A stretch of 64,000 bases of DNA from an uncultured Kiritimatiellota bacterium (GTDB lineage: Bacteria; Verrucomicrobiota; Kiritimatiellia; RFP12; UBA1067), in assembly GCA_934667425.1 (NCBI GenBank), contig CAKULV010000012.1, forward strand, positions 767-64,766, given 5' to 3'. Shown piece by piece: positions 35,819 to 45,410 of this stretch; positions within the stretch are counted from its first letter, which is position 1, and each line of letters begins with the position of its first letter. The notes below the pieces were generated by a model. The model was not told the origin of the DNA. It worked only from the letters and a program-made list of their open reading frames with translations, and ran no database searches. The position numbers were made by a program, and so were the translations under genes.

Positions 35819-38800
35819 ATGATGCGTTTATGGCAGTTGTTGGTTGCTTGTGTTGCAGTCGGTTGTACTGGGCTTGCGGCGGCGCAGCGTGTGGATCGGT
35901 TTGGACAGCCGGCGGATGAAGATTTCGCTGGGAAAGTGAAGTGCGATGCGGAGCTGCGAGTGAATGCCGCAACCGAGGCGCAGTCGCTCCCGCCGGTCCG
36001 ACAGGATTCGCGCCTCGACGCGCATGGAGGTGTCGTCTCGCCGCAGCTTGGACTCAAGTCCACGGGCTTCTTCCGCGTGGAGCGGATTCATGGCCGATGG
36101 TGGTTCGTCACGCCGGAGGGCAACCCGTTTTTCCTGGTCGGATGCGATGCGGTCAACTATCGCGAAGGTGGCTACACTACGCCGTTGCGGGACGCAACAG
36201 GTGCGGCGCGTCCTGAACTTGCGGATCTGCCGGATCAGGCGGCATTCCCAGAGGCATACGGACACGACGGCCGCGTGAGTTTCCTTGTCGCGAACCTGAA
36301 GCGCAAGTATGGCGACAACTTTGCGACAGTCTATGATGACGTCATTCGCCGTCGCCTGTCTGCATGGGGCTTCAACTCCACGGCGAAGTGGGGGTGGGGC
36401 AAGAAGTTCGCTGGAGTTCCGTATTTCGAGGATATCTACCTCACGTTCTGCAAGTTCGGCGGGAATTTCGTTGACATGTACGACCCTTCGTTCGAGAATC
36501 GGATTGATGAACTGGCGAAGACGCGCACGGCGGCACGGCGCGGCGATTCCGACTTGATAGCCTGGTCGGTCGATAACGAGAACGGCTGGTGGTATGCGGA
36601 CAAGGGAGACTGGTCGAACAAGGTGTTCAGGGCGATTTGCACGGCGAAGGATGGAACGCCCGGCGGCTTCGCGAAGCGAGCGTTCCTTGAATCGGTCGCC
36701 GCCATGCGTGGCGTCCCTGCCGCGACTTTGTGTGGCTTGGAAGAAAGCGCGTTTTCGGTCAAGGAAAAGCGGAGGTTTGTCCGCGCCTCATCCGCCCGCT
36801 ACCATCGGATCGTGTCTGCCGCATTCCGCAAATACGACCGTGACCACCTGTTCATGGGTGCGGCGATTTGCCTCGAGGGGCAGCTCGACTGGATCGAAGA
36901 GGCTCTGCCATATCTGGACTTCGTCGGCTTGCACCAGTACGGCAGTCAGCATCTCTCGGCTTGGCACCGGAATCGGCTGCTGCCAATGCTGGATGCCGCC
37001 GCCAAGCCGTTTGCTCTTCTGGAGTTTGGCTTCACATGTGCGGGCGCGGGCTTCAAGCGCTTCTTTGCCGACGATGCCATTTGCCGAGACCATCGCGCAC
37101 GGGGACAGGCCTATCGGCAGTTCGCAGAACGGATCGCCGCCGAGCCGCAGTGCGTCGGGTTTGCGTATTTCCTCTATCATGACCAGCCGATCAGCGGACG
37201 CAGTCTCGGCGGCGAAGCCTACAATCTGGGCTTGGTCAGCCAGCAGGATCGTCCTTACGACGAAATGATTGAAGGCGTCCGCAAGGCGAACGCACATGCA
37301 TTCGCGATCCATGCCGGAAAGCTTGCGCCGAATGCCGTGCGCCCGGATGCGCATCGTCCGGCGCGGCTCAAGGACGTGAAGCTGAAGGGCTTTGGCGCGG
37401 AGAAGATGAACGCGCTGTTCAGGAACCGCATCTTCTCGGACTTTGCCCAGCGTACGGTCTTCGCGGAAGCGCGAGAGGCGTTTCGTGATAGGGACGACGA
37501 TGCTCTTCTGGCAAGGGCAGACGGACATCGTATCGGCGGCTGGTGGCGCGGCGAGTTCTGGGGCAAACTGATGATCGGCGCGGCACGGGTCTTGGAGTAT
37601 TCCGGTGACCCAAAGCTGCGGCAATTCGTCGTAGATGAATGCCGCCGGATGATGGCCTGTCAGGATGCGGACGGTTATCTCGGCTCGTATGCCGATAAGG
37701 AAAACGTGTCGATTTCCGAGGGCGACCGTGCGGCGGTGACGCGGGCTTACGGATGGAATTCGAATTGGAACGTGTGGTGCCGAAAGTACACGATATGGGG
37801 AATGCTCGCGGCCTATCGGGCGACGGGAGAGCGCGACATCCTCGAATCGGTTCGGCGGCAGACGGATCAGCTGATCAAGATGATGCATGGGATGGGGCTT
37901 CGGCTTTCAGAATGCGGACAGCCGGAGAAAGTAGGGTTGCCGCCGATGTCAATCCTGAAGCCGCTGCTGATGCTGTACGCCGAGACCGGCGAGCGGCGGT
38001 ATCTGGATTTTGCGGAGGACATGCTGCCGGACTGGGATCGTACGGACGGCGCCTGTCCGAACTTCTTCCGCAATGCGGATCGTGCGGATGCGCTGTGGAC
38101 GTGGTATCCCAAGCCGGATCTTTGGGCCAAGAGCTATGAGATGATGAGTTGTCTGGACGGCTTGCTGGAGCATGCGCGTCTATCGGGCGCGGAACGAAGT
38201 CTGTCGTGCGTATCGCAGATCCGCGATAACCTGCTGCGATCGGAGGCTAATGTCCTTGGCGACGTGGGGCATTGGGATCAGTTCTATGGTGCGGCGGATC
38301 AGCCGAATGCCAGCACGGAGATCTGCAACACGATCCACTGGATTCGCCTGAACCTCGACTTGCATCTCATGACAGGCGACACTCGGTACTGCGACGTAGT
38401 GGAGCGGGCCTACTACAACGCCTTTCTGGCGGGAGTCTATCGGGATGGCGCGTGGGGCGCATTTGCCGTCCGCTCGACAGGCCACCATCAGCAAGACCGC
38501 CAGTGCGGCTATGCCTACAACCACTGTTGCGTAAACAATATGCCGCGCACGTTCATGGACATGGCGGAAAGCCTGGTGACGGCCGATGCCGAGGGCGGCT
38601 ATCACGTCAACTTCTATCAGGATGCGACAGTTGCGCTGGACGGCGTGACGTTCGAGATTTCGGGTGGATATCCGGTGTCCAATCACGTACGGATCGCCAC
38701 GTCGCGTCCTGCGAAGGTCGCGTTCCGCAAGCCGGACTGGTGCCCCGATCTCAAGGTCGTTCGTCGTGGGGATTGCGTTTACGAGCTGACGTTCGACATG

Positions 38801-39199
38801 AATCCGAGGTTGGTGGAGCGGACGACTGCCCCGGCTGATGAGGCGCGTGCTGCCTGGTTCGCCCACAGTTTCACTTGGGGCGATTTCGTGAATCCCGAAC
38901 CATTGAAACGGACGTATCGCCACGATGCGGCGGCGACGATCCACTATGGACCGCTTCTGCTTGCCAAGAGCCGTGCGGTCGGCGTGGCGGAGGCGGAATT
39001 GCTCTCGCAGGAAACGGTAAACGGCAAGGGGTATTCGCTTCGGCTGACGCCCCGGGCGGACGAAAACGTCTGGATGGCGTGGGATGTGGAACTGTCGAAG
39101 CCCGGCGTTCCGACGGTTCGCACACGGGCCTGCGATTATCAAAGTGCGGGCGATTGTCCATATCTCGACGGCGCCATTCGGTATTCAGTGTGGTTTTGA
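35819..39199 (+). CDS. Fusion glycoside hydrolase: N-terminal clan GH-A (GH5-like) TIM barrel plus C-terminal GH127/DUF1680 (beta-L-arabinofuranosidase-like)
   Basis: It has a signal peptide. The N-half carries AWSVDNENGWW (N-E) and ALLEFGF (a nucleophile-like EFG). The C-half carries TEICNT and NHCCVNNMPR, matching the Glu/Cys Zn-site and Cys-nucleophile pattern of GH127. Confidence 0.65.
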   Translation: MMRLWQLLVACVAVGCTGLAAAQRVDRFGQPADEDFAGKVKCDAELRVNAATEAQSLPPVRQDSRLDAHGGVVSPQLGLKSTGFFRVERIHGRWWFVTPEGNPFFLVGCDAVNYREGGYTTPLRDATGAARPELADLPDQAAFPEAYGHDGRVSFLVANLKRKYGDNFATVYDDVIRRRLSAWGFNSTAKWGWGKKFAGVPYFEDIYLTFCKFGGNFVDMYDPSFENRIDELAKTRTAARRGDSDLIAWSVDNENGWWYADKGDWSNKVFRAICTAKDGTPGGFAKRAFLESVAAMRGVPAATLCGLEESAFSVKEKRRFVRASSARYHRIVSAAFRKYDRDHLFMGAAICLEGQLDWIEEALPYLDFVGLHQYGSQHLSAWHRNRLLPMLDAAAKPFALLEFGFTCAGAGFKRFFADDAICRDHRARGQAYRQFAERIAAEPQCVGFAYFLYHDQPISGRSLGGEAYNLGLVSQQDRPYDEMIEGVRKANAHAFAIHAGKLAPNAVRPDAHRPARLKDVKLKGFGAEKMNALFRNRIFSDFAQRTVFAEAREAFRDRDDDALLARADGHRIGGWWRGEFWGKLMIGAARVLEYSGDPKLRQFVVDECRRMMACQDADGYLGSYADKENVSISEGDRAAVTRAYGWNSNWNVWCRKYTIWGMLAAYRATGERDILESVRRQTDQLIKMMHGMGLRLSECGQPEKVGLPPMSILKPLLMLYAETGERRYLDFAEDMLPDWDRTDGACPNFFRNADRADALWTWYPKPDLWAKSYEMMSCLDGLLEHARLSGAERSLSCVSQIRDNLLRSEANVLGDVGHWDQFYGAADQPNASTEICNTIHWIRLNLDLHLMTGDTRYCDVVERAYYNAFLAGVYRDGAWGAFAVRSTGHHQQDRQCGYAYNHCCVNNMPRTFMDMAESLVTADAEGGYHVNFYQDATVALDGVTFEISGGYPVSNHVRIATSRPAKVAFRKPDWCPDLKVVRRGDCVYELTFDMNPRLVERTTAPADEARAAWFAHSFTWGDFVNPEPLKRTYRHDAAATIHYGPLLLAKSRAVGVAEAELLSQETVNGKGYSLRLTPRADENVWMAWDVELSKPGVPTVRTRACDYQSAGDCPYLDGAIRYSVWF

Positions 39200-39201
39200 G
39201 C

Positions 39202-40551
39202 ATGAAACGCCTTCTAATGACATCGGTCGCGCTGTCGTTGGCCCTGACGGGCACGGCGATGGCGAGGCCTGTTCCCGCGAAATCGGGTCAGAAATCGGGG
39301 CTTATCCCCACGCGCGGCTGGCATGTAGGTGATTGGCGAGGCGCACCGGCGCTGTTCCATGACGGGAAGCCCGTGCCGCCGATCCTCTTCTGGCAATGGG
39401 AGATGCAGGAAACGGATGCCAAGGCCATGTCGCGGGCGGGCGTTGGGCTGTTCAGCATGTTCGGCAGCTTTGGACACTACGCGCATCCGTATTTCAAGGA
39501 AAAGGGCTTTGCAGGACTCGGCTATCAGGAGCGGAACATCGACAACCTTTTGACGTGGGTGCCGTCCGCCGCGTTTAAGGCAGTGCCGCTGTACACTCTC
39601 TTCCAGTCGGTGCTTGCGAAGCTCGGTGAGCCTTGGAGCGATGCCTGGATCGGCGGCGAGTTCCCCGAAAAGACGTGGACAGAACTTGGCTCCTGGCACG
39701 AGATATGCGGACTCCTTGAAGAGGCGCTTGAGTGCTACGCCAAGGCAAGGGGATCGATAATCGCGGCTGTCAGGGCTGCATATGTGGCGCACCGGCTCGG
39801 CGATGAGTGCCGGGCCTCCGCCCTGCTGGATGCGGCGGCTTCGCTCGACCTTGGATTCGACTTTCCGTTCCGCGCAGAGTCGCAGGCCGCGCTCGTGTGG
39901 GCCACGGAGCACAATGCAAGCTGGAAGTTCCGCTATCTGCTGGCCCTCCTCTATGCCGGCAAGGCACGCAACGCGGAGGCTGACGACGAACTCCGCAAAT
40001 GCGGACAGGCGATGGATCATGTGCCGGCTCTCATCTACCGCGCCCAGCGTCTTGGCGGGGATGCGGCGAGGGCAGACCTCAAGAAGGCGGCAGAGATCGC
40101 GGACTCGTGGCGAGTAGGGGTTGGCATCTACCAGTTGTGCGCGGCGGAAAACCGTTGGGCCGAAGCCAAGCGCACATTGGGTGACTATGTAAGGCGTTTT
40201 CCGGGAAAGCTTGGACTTGAACTGAACTACGCAAGGGCGCTCATAAAGACAGTCGCCCTTGCTGAAGCCGTTTCGTTCCTCGAAACGCTGAACGCGCTAC
40301 CGTCCGAACTCGGCGAAAAGCCAGGGACCCTGTATCAGGAGGCCCTTGGCGCACTTGCCGACGCCGCGCTTGCGCGCGGAGACCGGGCGGCCGCATCGGC
40401 ATATGTGCAGAAGGCCCTGGCGGTCCCCGAAAGGCTGGGGACGGGGCGGCAATCCAGCGACGACCGCGTAATCGATTCGTGGCCTCGCCGCGTCCAGGAG
40501 TTCGTGAGGGGGCGCATAGCCGGGACCTGCCGCAGACTGGCATTAGCCTAA
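39202..40551 (+). CDS. Exported hypothetical protein with a C-terminal TPR-like helical region
   Basis: It has a signal peptide (MKRLLMTSVALSLALTGTAMA). The first roughly 115 aa look like the start of a GH-type barrel, and the rest is helical-repeat rich. Confidence 0.5.
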   Translation: MKRLLMTSVALSLALTGTAMARPVPAKSGQKSGLIPTRGWHVGDWRGAPALFHDGKPVPPILFWQWEMQETDAKAMSRAGVGLFSMFGSFGHYAHPYFKEKGFAGLGYQERNIDNLLTWVPSAAFKAVPLYTLFQSVLAKLGEPWSDAWIGGEFPEKTWTELGSWHEICGLLEEALECYAKARGSIIAAVRAAYVAHRLGDECRASALLDAAASLDLGFDFPFRAESQAALVWATEHNASWKFRYLLALLYAGKARNAEADDELRKCGQAMDHVPALIYRAQRLGGDAARADLKKAAEIADSWRVGVGIYQLCAAENRWAEAKRTLGDYVRRFPGKLGLELNYARALIKTVALAEAVSFLETLNALPSELGEKPGTLYQEALGALADAALARGDRAAASAYVQKALAVPERLGTGRQSSDDRVIDSWPRRVQEFVRGRIAGTCRRLALA

Positions 40552-40623
40552 AAGTAATGTGTTCCTCACAATATCCTAACACTGGTATGCAATACTCCAT
40601 GGCGTTTGAAAGGAGAAAAAGCC

Positions 40624-40719
40624 ATGGACAAGCAAGTCAGAACGAACATTAAGGTCGGTGCGGGGCTGGCAATGGTTGCGCTCCTGTATCTGGTTTGCAT
40701 CCTTGCCGACCTCGTCTGA
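40624..40719 (+). CDS. Small hydrophobic peptide (31 aa), a possible membrane micro-protein upstream of the hydrogenase operon
   Basis: The sequence is MDKQVRTNIKVGAGLAMVALLYLVCILADLV. A strong AAGGAG SD lies 8 nt upstream of the ATG. It is below the ORF-track length cutoff. Confidence 0.4.
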   Translation: MDKQVRTNIKVGAGLAMVALLYLVCILADLV

Positions 40720-40777
40720 GGTACATCGCTACATCGCGCCACCTATAAGTTATACTTGCCTAACTGCGGTTGGATAT

Positions 40778-40786
40778 GGGATAATC
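40778..40786 (+). promoter_or_regulatory. Extended -10-like TGGGATAAT upstream of hndA
   Basis: It lies about 50 nt upstream of the ATG at 40837. Confidence 0.4.
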
Positions 40787-40836
40787 CGCACATTTTTTGG
40801 TGGGATTATCGCCGTGAACATACCAAGGAGAGCAAG

Positions 40837-41316
40837 ATGAGCGGAAAATTGGAGACGATGACGCCGGAACTCAAGGCGTTCATCGAGGAGTGGAAGCAGA
40901 AGCCGGGCAACCTGATCATGGTGCTGCACCGCGTTCAGCAGACATACGGGTACATTCCCCGTGAGATAGCGATAGAGACTTCGCGTCTGCTGGAGGTTCC
41001 ACTCGCCAAGATATACGGGGTTATCACTTTCTACAACTTCTTCCGCCTGCAGAGGGCGGGCAAGTACAACGTGCAGGTCTGCCTTGGCACGGCGTGCTAT
41101 CTTCGCGGAGGCGACGACCTGATCAAGGAGTTCGAGAAGCTTCTTGGCGTAGGTCTCAATACGTCGACGGAGGACGGGCTGTTCTCCGTGGAGGCGGTGC
41201 GCTGCCTCGGCTGCTGCGGCCTCGCTCCCGTCGCCGTCGTGAACGGGGAGGTCCACGGCAAGCTTGAGACGAAGGACGTCAAGGAAATCATCGAGAAATA
41301 CCGCAAGCTGGGGTAA
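40837..41316 (+). CDS. hndA: NuoE-like [2Fe-2S] subunit of NAD(P)-dependent [FeFe] hydrogenase
   Basis: It has the thioredoxin-like [2Fe-2S] Cys pattern CLGTACYLRG ... CLGCCGLAPV and an AAGGAG SD. Confidence 0.85.
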   Translation: MSGKLETMTPELKAFIEEWKQKPGNLIMVLHRVQQTYGYIPREIAIETSRLLEVPLAKIYGVITFYNFFRLQRAGKYNVQVCLGTACYLRGGDDLIKEFEKLLGVGLNTSTEDGLFSVEAVRCLGCCGLAPVAVVNGEVHGKLETKDVKEIIEKYRKLG

Positions 41317-41329
41317 GGAGGAACGTAAA

Positions 41330-41725
41330 ATGGCTAAGTTGACACTTGAGGATCTGCGCAAGATGCGCAGCGAGAAGCAGAAGGCGATGGAGATGCGCGA
41401 CAACTCCAACAAGGATGTGCAGGTGATCGTGGGCATGGGTACCTGCGGCATCGCTGCGGGCGCGAAGGAGACGTTCACCACGCTCATCGATATGCTGAAC
41501 GAGAAGTCCCTGACCAATGTCCTGGTGCGGCAGACGGGATGCATGGGGCTTTGCCATTCGGAGCCTACGGTGGAGGTAGTCGTCCCCGGAATGCCTTCGG
41601 TGATCTACGGGAACGTGGATGCCGCGATGGCGAGGGACATCGTGGAGAAGCACATCATAGGGAAGTCGCTCATCGACGCCAAGATCTGCGAGCGTCCGTC
41701 CGTGGATATCGTCAAGCAGGGTTAA
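41330..41725 (+). CDS. hndB: Small thioredoxin-like ferredoxin subunit (HndB-like)
   Basis: It has GMGTCGIAAG ... GCMGLCHSEP motifs, is about 130 aa, and sits between the NuoE-like and NuoF-like genes. Confidence 0.75.
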   Translation: MAKLTLEDLRKMRSEKQKAMEMRDNSNKDVQVIVGMGTCGIAAGAKETFTTLIDMLNEKSLTNVLVRQTGCMGLCHSEPTVEVVVPGMPSVIYGNVDAAMARDIVEKHIIGKSLIDAKICERPSVDIVKQG

Positions 41726-41737
41726 GGGAGAATCGCA

Positions 41738-43525
41738 ATGGCATACGAATCATACGTACTCATCTGTGGCGGCACAGCCTGCTGTTCCGGCGGCGGCGAC
41801 AAGATCGCCGATGCGTTCAAGAGTCGGCTGGCCGAGGCGGGGCTTGCCGAGAAGGTGCAGGTGGTGGCGACCGGGTGCCTCGGCTTCTGCGAGCAGGGCC
41901 CGATCGTCAAGATACTTCCGCAGGGTACGTTCTACGTGCAGGTGCAGGAGAAGGATGTCGCGGAGATCATCGCGGAACATCTCGTCAAGGGCCGCGTGGT
42001 GGAGCGCCTGTGCTACGATCCAGAGCAGGCCAAGCTGCTGGTCTCGGAGGCGAACATCCCGTTCTACCAGAAGCAGTACCGCATCGTGCTCCGCAACTGC
42101 GGAGTGATCGATCCGGAGAAGATCGACGACTACATTGCCCGCGACGGCTACAAGGCCATCGAGAAGGTTCTCTTCGAGATGACACCGGAGCAGGTTGTGG
42201 ACGAGATACTGAAGTCTGGCCTGCGTGGCCGTGGCGGCGCGGGATTCCCCACGGGGCTGAAGTGGCGCTTTGCCCAGCAGCAGCCCAAGGGGCAGAAGTA
42301 CATGGTCTGCAATGCCGACGAGGGCGATCCCGGCGCGTACATGGACCGTTCGACGCTTGAGGGCGACCCCCATTCTATCCTGGAGGCCATGACGATCGCA
42401 GGCTATGCGATCGGGGCCTCGAAGGGATTCGTGTACATCCGCGCCGAATATCCGCTCGCCATCCACCGCCTTCAGGTCGCCATCGCGCAGGCCCGCGAGC
42501 TCGGGCTTCTCGGCGACGACATCCTCGGCAGCGGGTTCTCGTTCGACATTGAGCTCCGCTTCGGCGCCGGCGCGTTCGTCTGCGGAGAGGAGACGGCCCT
42601 GCTCCAGTCGATCGAGGGCAACCGCGGCATGCCGAAGCCGCGTCCGCCGTTCCCCGCCGTGAAGGGGCTTTGGGGACGTCCCACGGTGATCAACAACGTA
42701 GAGACGCTTGCCAACATACCCGTGATCATAAACAAGGGCGCGGATTGGTTCTCCAAGATCGGCACGGCGACGACGAAGGGCACCAAGGTGTTCGCCCTCA
42801 CCGGCAAGGTCAACAACTCCGGCCTCATCGAGGTGCCAATGGGCACGACGCTCCGCGAAATCATATTCGACATCGGCGGCGGCATCCGCGGCGGGCACAA
42901 GTTCAAGGCGGCCCAGACTGGCGGCCCCTCGGGCGGCATCATCCCGCCGCAGTTCCTCGACACACCGATCGACTACGAGAGCCTTGCGAAGATCGGATCC
43001 ATCATGGGGTCTGGCGGCCTGATCGTGATGGACGAAACCGACTGCGTGGTGGACATCGCGAAGTTCTATCTCGACTTCACCGTGGACGAGAGCTGCGGAA
43101 AGTGCGCCCCGTGCCGTGTGGGCGGGCGCAAGCTGCTCAACTACCTGAGGAAGATAACCGACGGACGCGGCACGGAGGACGACATCGTTCAGATGGAGAA
43201 GATCTCCGACGCGATGTGCAAGGCCTCGCTCTGCGGCCTTGGCCAGACGGCTTCCAACCCCGTGCGTTCCACGCTCAGGTACTTCATGGACGAATACATG
43301 GAGCACATCAATGAGAAAAAGTGCCGTTCCGGCAAGTGCGCCAAGCTCGTGAAGTACACTATCGACGCGGCGAAATGCAAGGGCTGCACTCTCTGTGCGC
43401 GGAAGTGTCCGGTAAGCGCCATCAGCGGCACCGTGAAGAATCCGCACGTAATCGACCAGACGAAGTGCATCAAGTGCGGACAGTGCGAGCTGCACTGCCG
43501 CTTTGGCGCCGTAAGCCATGGGTGA
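41738..43525 (+). CDS. hndC: NuoF-like flavoprotein subunit (NAD(P)H/FMN-binding, with an N-terminal [2Fe-2S] and C-terminal 2x[4Fe-4S])
   Basis: It has GRGGAGFPTG (FMN), CNADEGDPGA, ESCGKCAPCR and two CxxCxxCxxxCP ferredoxin motifs. Confidence 0.9.
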   Translation: MAYESYVLICGGTACCSGGGDKIADAFKSRLAEAGLAEKVQVVATGCLGFCEQGPIVKILPQGTFYVQVQEKDVAEIIAEHLVKGRVVERLCYDPEQAKLLVSEANIPFYQKQYRIVLRNCGVIDPEKIDDYIARDGYKAIEKVLFEMTPEQVVDEILKSGLRGRGGAGFPTGLKWRFAQQQPKGQKYMVCNADEGDPGAYMDRSTLEGDPHSILEAMTIAGYAIGASKGFVYIRAEYPLAIHRLQVAIAQARELGLLGDDILGSGFSFDIELRFGAGAFVCGEETALLQSIEGNRGMPKPRPPFPAVKGLWGRPTVINNVETLANIPVIINKGADWFSKIGTATTKGTKVFALTGKVNNSGLIEVPMGTTLREIIFDIGGGIRGGHKFKAAQTGGPSGGIIPPQFLDTPIDYESLAKIGSIMGSGGLIVMDETDCVVDIAKFYLDFTVDESCGKCAPCRVGGRKLLNYLRKITDGRGTEDDIVQMEKISDAMCKASLCGLGQTASNPVRSTLRYFMDEYMEHINEKKCRSGKCAKLVKYTIDAAKCKGCTLCARKCPVSAISGTVKNPHVIDQTKCIKCGQCELHCRFGAVSHG

Positions 43526-43559
43526 TCTGGAATCCAGAGAGAGAAAGGTTTTTAAGAAA

Positions 43560-45365
43560 ATGGAAACTGAAATGATTTCTGTAGAGATCAACGGCAAGTC
43601 CGTCGAGGTGGCCAAGGGATCCAATATCCTTCAGGCCGCGAAGAAGGCCAACATAAAGATCCCTACGCTTTGCTACCATCCCGACCTGAAGCCCGGAGCC
43701 AGCTGCGGCATCTGCGTGGTGCGCCAGCTCGTGCCGAGCCGAACGGAGCCTGGAAAGTTCGTGCCTTCCCCCAAGCTGCTGCGCGCGTGCTGCACTGAGG
43801 TCACGCCCGGGATGAAGATCGTCACGCACGACCCCGACATCGTGCAGGTGCGCCGTACCGTACTCGAGCTGATCCTCGCCAACCATCCGCAGGACTGCCT
43901 GCAGTGCCCCCGGTCCGGCTCGTGCGAACTACAGGCGATAGCCGCCGACTTCGGCATCCGCGACATCCCGTTCCCGAAGGAGGTCATCACCCGCCCGGTC
44001 GACGACTCGACTCCATCGATCGTGCTCAACTCCGACAAGTGCATCAAGTGCGGACGCTGCGCGGAGGTCTGCCAGCAGATGCAGAACGTGTGGGCCCTCG
44101 AGTTCATCGGCCGCGGCGAGAACACGGTAATGTCCCCCGCCGCAGGCGTGCCGCTCGCGGAGTCTCCGTGCATCAAGTGCGGACAGTGCTCTGCGCACTG
44201 CCCCGTGGGCGCGATATACGAGAAGGACGAGACGGCGAAGGTGTGGACTGCGCTCCGCGACCCCGACAAGGTATGCCTGGTGCAGATCGCCCCTGCGGTA
44301 CGCGTCGCCCTCGGCGAGGCGTTCGGCATGCAGCCCGGCTCCATAACCACGGGGAAGATATACGCGGCCCTGCGCATGCTCGGCTTCGACAAGGTGTTCG
44401 ACACCAACTTCTCCGCGGACGTCACGATAATGGAGGAGGGTACGGAGTTCATCAAGCGCTTCACGGGCGGCGGCAACCTGCCGCTCCTGACGAGCTGCTG
44501 CCCTGCATGGACGGACTGGATGGAGAAGTACGCCCCCGATTTCACGGAGAACTTCTCGACGGCGAAGTCCCCTCAGCAGATGCTTTCGGCGCTCGCGAAG
44601 TCCTACTGGGCGGAGAAGAACGGCGTGGACCACACGAAGATACACATGACGTCGATCATGCCGTGCACGTCCAAGAAGTACGAGATCAGCCGCGACGAGT
44701 ACATGAACGCGACGGGTACGCAGGATACGGACGTGGTTCTCACCACGCGGGAACTCGCCCGCATGATCAAGGCCGCCGGCATCGACTTCTCTAACCTCGA
44801 GGACGAGCCGGCCGACAGGCTGCTTGGCTCCTACACGGGGGCCGGCACGATATTCGGCGTCACGGGCGGCGTAATGGAGGCCGCCCTCCGCACCGCATAC
44901 TGCCTCATCACCGGCGAGGCGCAGCCGCCGAGCATAGAGTTCTCGGAGGTGCGCGGCATGGATGGCATAAAGACGGCCACCATCGACATCAAGGGTACCA
45001 AGGTGAACATCGCGGTCGCACACCAGATGGGCAACGTGGAGAAGGTGATCAACCAGATCCGCGAAGACCGAAGGAACGGCGTGAGGCCCCGGTACGACTT
45101 CATCGAGGTGATGGCCTGCCGCGGCGGCTGCATCGGCGGCGGCGGACAGCCCTGCCTTGCGACGGATGCCGTCCGGGCCAAGCGCACTGCGGGACTCTAT
45201 TCCGACGACGAGAGGAGCACGCTCCGCATGAGCCACCTCAACCCCGAGGTCCAGTCTCTCTACAGGGACTACCTTGGCGAGACCGGCGCAAACGGCGGAG
45301 AGAGGGCCGAGCACCTGCTCCACACGAAATACCGGAAGCGCGACCTGTACAGGTTCGAGACATGA
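43560..45365 (+). CDS. hndD: [FeFe]-hydrogenase catalytic subunit (HydA/HndD)
   Basis: H-cluster motifs are TSCCPAW (L1), MPCTSKKYE (L2) and EVMACRGGCIGGGGQP (L3). An N-terminal 2Fe-2S and F-cluster Cys motifs are also present. Confidence 0.92.
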   Translation: METEMISVEINGKSVEVAKGSNILQAAKKANIKIPTLCYHPDLKPGASCGICVVRQLVPSRTEPGKFVPSPKLLRACCTEVTPGMKIVTHDPDIVQVRRTVLELILANHPQDCLQCPRSGSCELQAIAADFGIRDIPFPKEVITRPVDDSTPSIVLNSDKCIKCGRCAEVCQQMQNVWALEFIGRGENTVMSPAAGVPLAESPCIKCGQCSAHCPVGAIYEKDETAKVWTALRDPDKVCLVQIAPAVRVALGEAFGMQPGSITTGKIYAALRMLGFDKVFDTNFSADVTIMEEGTEFIKRFTGGGNLPLLTSCCPAWTDWMEKYAPDFTENFSTAKSPQQMLSALAKSYWAEKNGVDHTKIHMTSIMPCTSKKYEISRDEYMNATGTQDTDVVLTTRELARMIKAAGIDFSNLEDEPADRLLGSYTGAGTIFGVTGGVMEAALRTAYCLITGEAQPPSIEFSEVRGMDGIKTATIDIKGTKVNIAVAHQMGNVEKVINQIREDRRNGVRPRYDFIEVMACRGGCIGGGGQPCLATDAVRAKRTAGLYSDDERSTLRMSHLNPEVQSLYRDYLGETGANGGERAEHLLHTKYRKRDLYRFET

Positions 45366-45386
45366 TCCCTTTCGCGGATTGGCAAT

Positions 45387-45409
45387 GCGCCGCCTTCGGG
45401 CGGCGTTTT
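45387..45409 (+). terminator. Rho-independent terminator after hndD
   Basis: A cgccgcc-ttcg-ggcggcg stem-loop is followed by tttt. The T-run merges into the next promoter. Confidence 0.7.
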
Positions 45410-45410
45410 G

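Noticed and set aside
40658-40840. 60-aa ORF from the track upstream of hndA
   Set aside because: It has no SD. It overlaps both the better-supported 31-aa micro-ORF frame region and the hnd promoter-like element, and runs into the hndA start.
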